A stretch of DNA of 63,596 nt, filler included, from Chiloscyllium plagiosum (Eukaryota): the NCBI RefSeq assembly GCF_004010195.1. It is 4 parts of one record of this genome, joined end to end, with 100 filler letters (N's around TTAATTAATTAA, not from the genome) between each part and the next. Parts side by side here need not be neighbours in the genome. Positions count along the whole stretch, not along the records: positions 57,049 to 63,596 come from NC_057717.1; 3 more parts are not named here. One strand, written 5' to 3'. The notes below the pieces were generated by a model. That model did not search any database. It saw only the letters and a program-made list of their open reading frames with translations, and was not told the origin of the DNA. This document shows, piece by piece, positions 62,843 through 63,596 of the stretch. The translations under genes and the position numbers were made by a program. Numbering within the stretch: position 1 is the first letter of the stretch; each line of letters starts with the position of its first letter.

Positions 62843-63596
62843 ATGGGGGGTCAGCTGAGTAAGTCGAACTGTCACGGAGTAAAGGAAGAAAAAGTCCCTG
62901 GTAACATTCCTCCTGAAAGTCCGTTGGGGAGGATGTTGAGGGAATGGACAATTAACACTTGTACAAGGGAAAAAGATAAAATGAAAATGATTGAATATTG
63001 TTGTTTAGTATGGACCAAAGAACCAATCCTCCATCCAGCTGTCTTCTGGCCAAAGTATGATTCGGATGAGGATTGGGTTTGTCAGTATTTAGATTTGTAT
63101 GTGAATAAAAAACAAACTTTTAGTCAAGAAGAGGCGGAATATGTGTCCTGTTGGAAGGGCAGTTTGGGAATGATGGTAGTAAAGCCAAAGGATTCCCCCT
63201 CTGCCCCACCCAGTTCCTGGGATCGTTTTTCCTGTTTGCACTCCCGCCCCCCCCCCACTCCCCCCCGTACCATAAAATCAGATAATGTGAAAATGGGGGA
63301 GGAGGGGAGACAGACAGACAGGGACAGGGAACGGATGACCCACAAGAGGAGAACGAAGGGGCGGTGGACGGGGATGTTGTTGTTCCCGACCCTCAATCCA
63401 CAACAAAAGGAAAGGAAGATAAGGTAGACGTAGAGGAGGTCTTTGGAGTATCTAAACGAAAGCCTAAGGGGGAAAAACAAAAACAAAAAGGGGGAAGAAT
63501 ATAGAGTTATCCCCGTTTCGGAGGTACCAGTAGGGGACAAAGGGATTGGATTTTTAAGTGCCCCCTCTCCAGTGGGGAGGTCAGAACATTTAAAAA
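62843..63596 (+). pseudogene. gag: Class I (gamma-like, HERV-I-related) ERV gag N-terminus, frameshifted, runs off the window
   Basis: MGGQLSK myristoylation signal; matrix IPPESPLGRML..KMIEYCCLVW..FWPKYDSDEDWVCQYLDLYVN..EEAEY; Pro-rich region; near the end EVPVGDKGIGFLSAP..SGEVRTFK (capsid start). Confidence 0.85.

Overview
Vertebrate genomic DNA, very likely a cartilaginous fish (shark): it carries an HE1/V-SINE-type SINE, dense CR1 LINEs, Penelope-like elements and a GPR139-like GPCR family. The window is not one contiguous locus. Three artificial 100-bp spacers (44 N + TTAATTAATTAA + 44 N, at 29864, 51585 and 56949) join four separate scaffolds. Scaffold 1 (1-29863) is a tandem array of about 10.5-12 kb duplication units, each with a two-exon GPR139-like class A GPCR. 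Copy 1 is probably intact; its apparent frameshift is a mis-sized N-gap. Copy 2 has lost its splice donor and has a C-terminal frameshift, but has an intron-derived in-frame ATG. Copy 3 is a nonsense pseudogene. The rest is almost entirely transposable elements: CR1, L2/CR1-like and Rex1/Babar LINEs, Gmr1-type Gypsy remnants, an old env-bearing endogenous retrovirus, a gamma-like/HERV-I-like ERV 5' end (LTR, tRNA-Pro PBS, gag), a pogo/Tigger-like MITE and a 37-bp satellite. Many Penelope-like fragments end in minimal hammerhead-ribozyme motifs from three sequence families, including short cassettes flanked by target-site duplications and head-to-head palindromes. All family assignments come from motif recognition by eye, not database searches.
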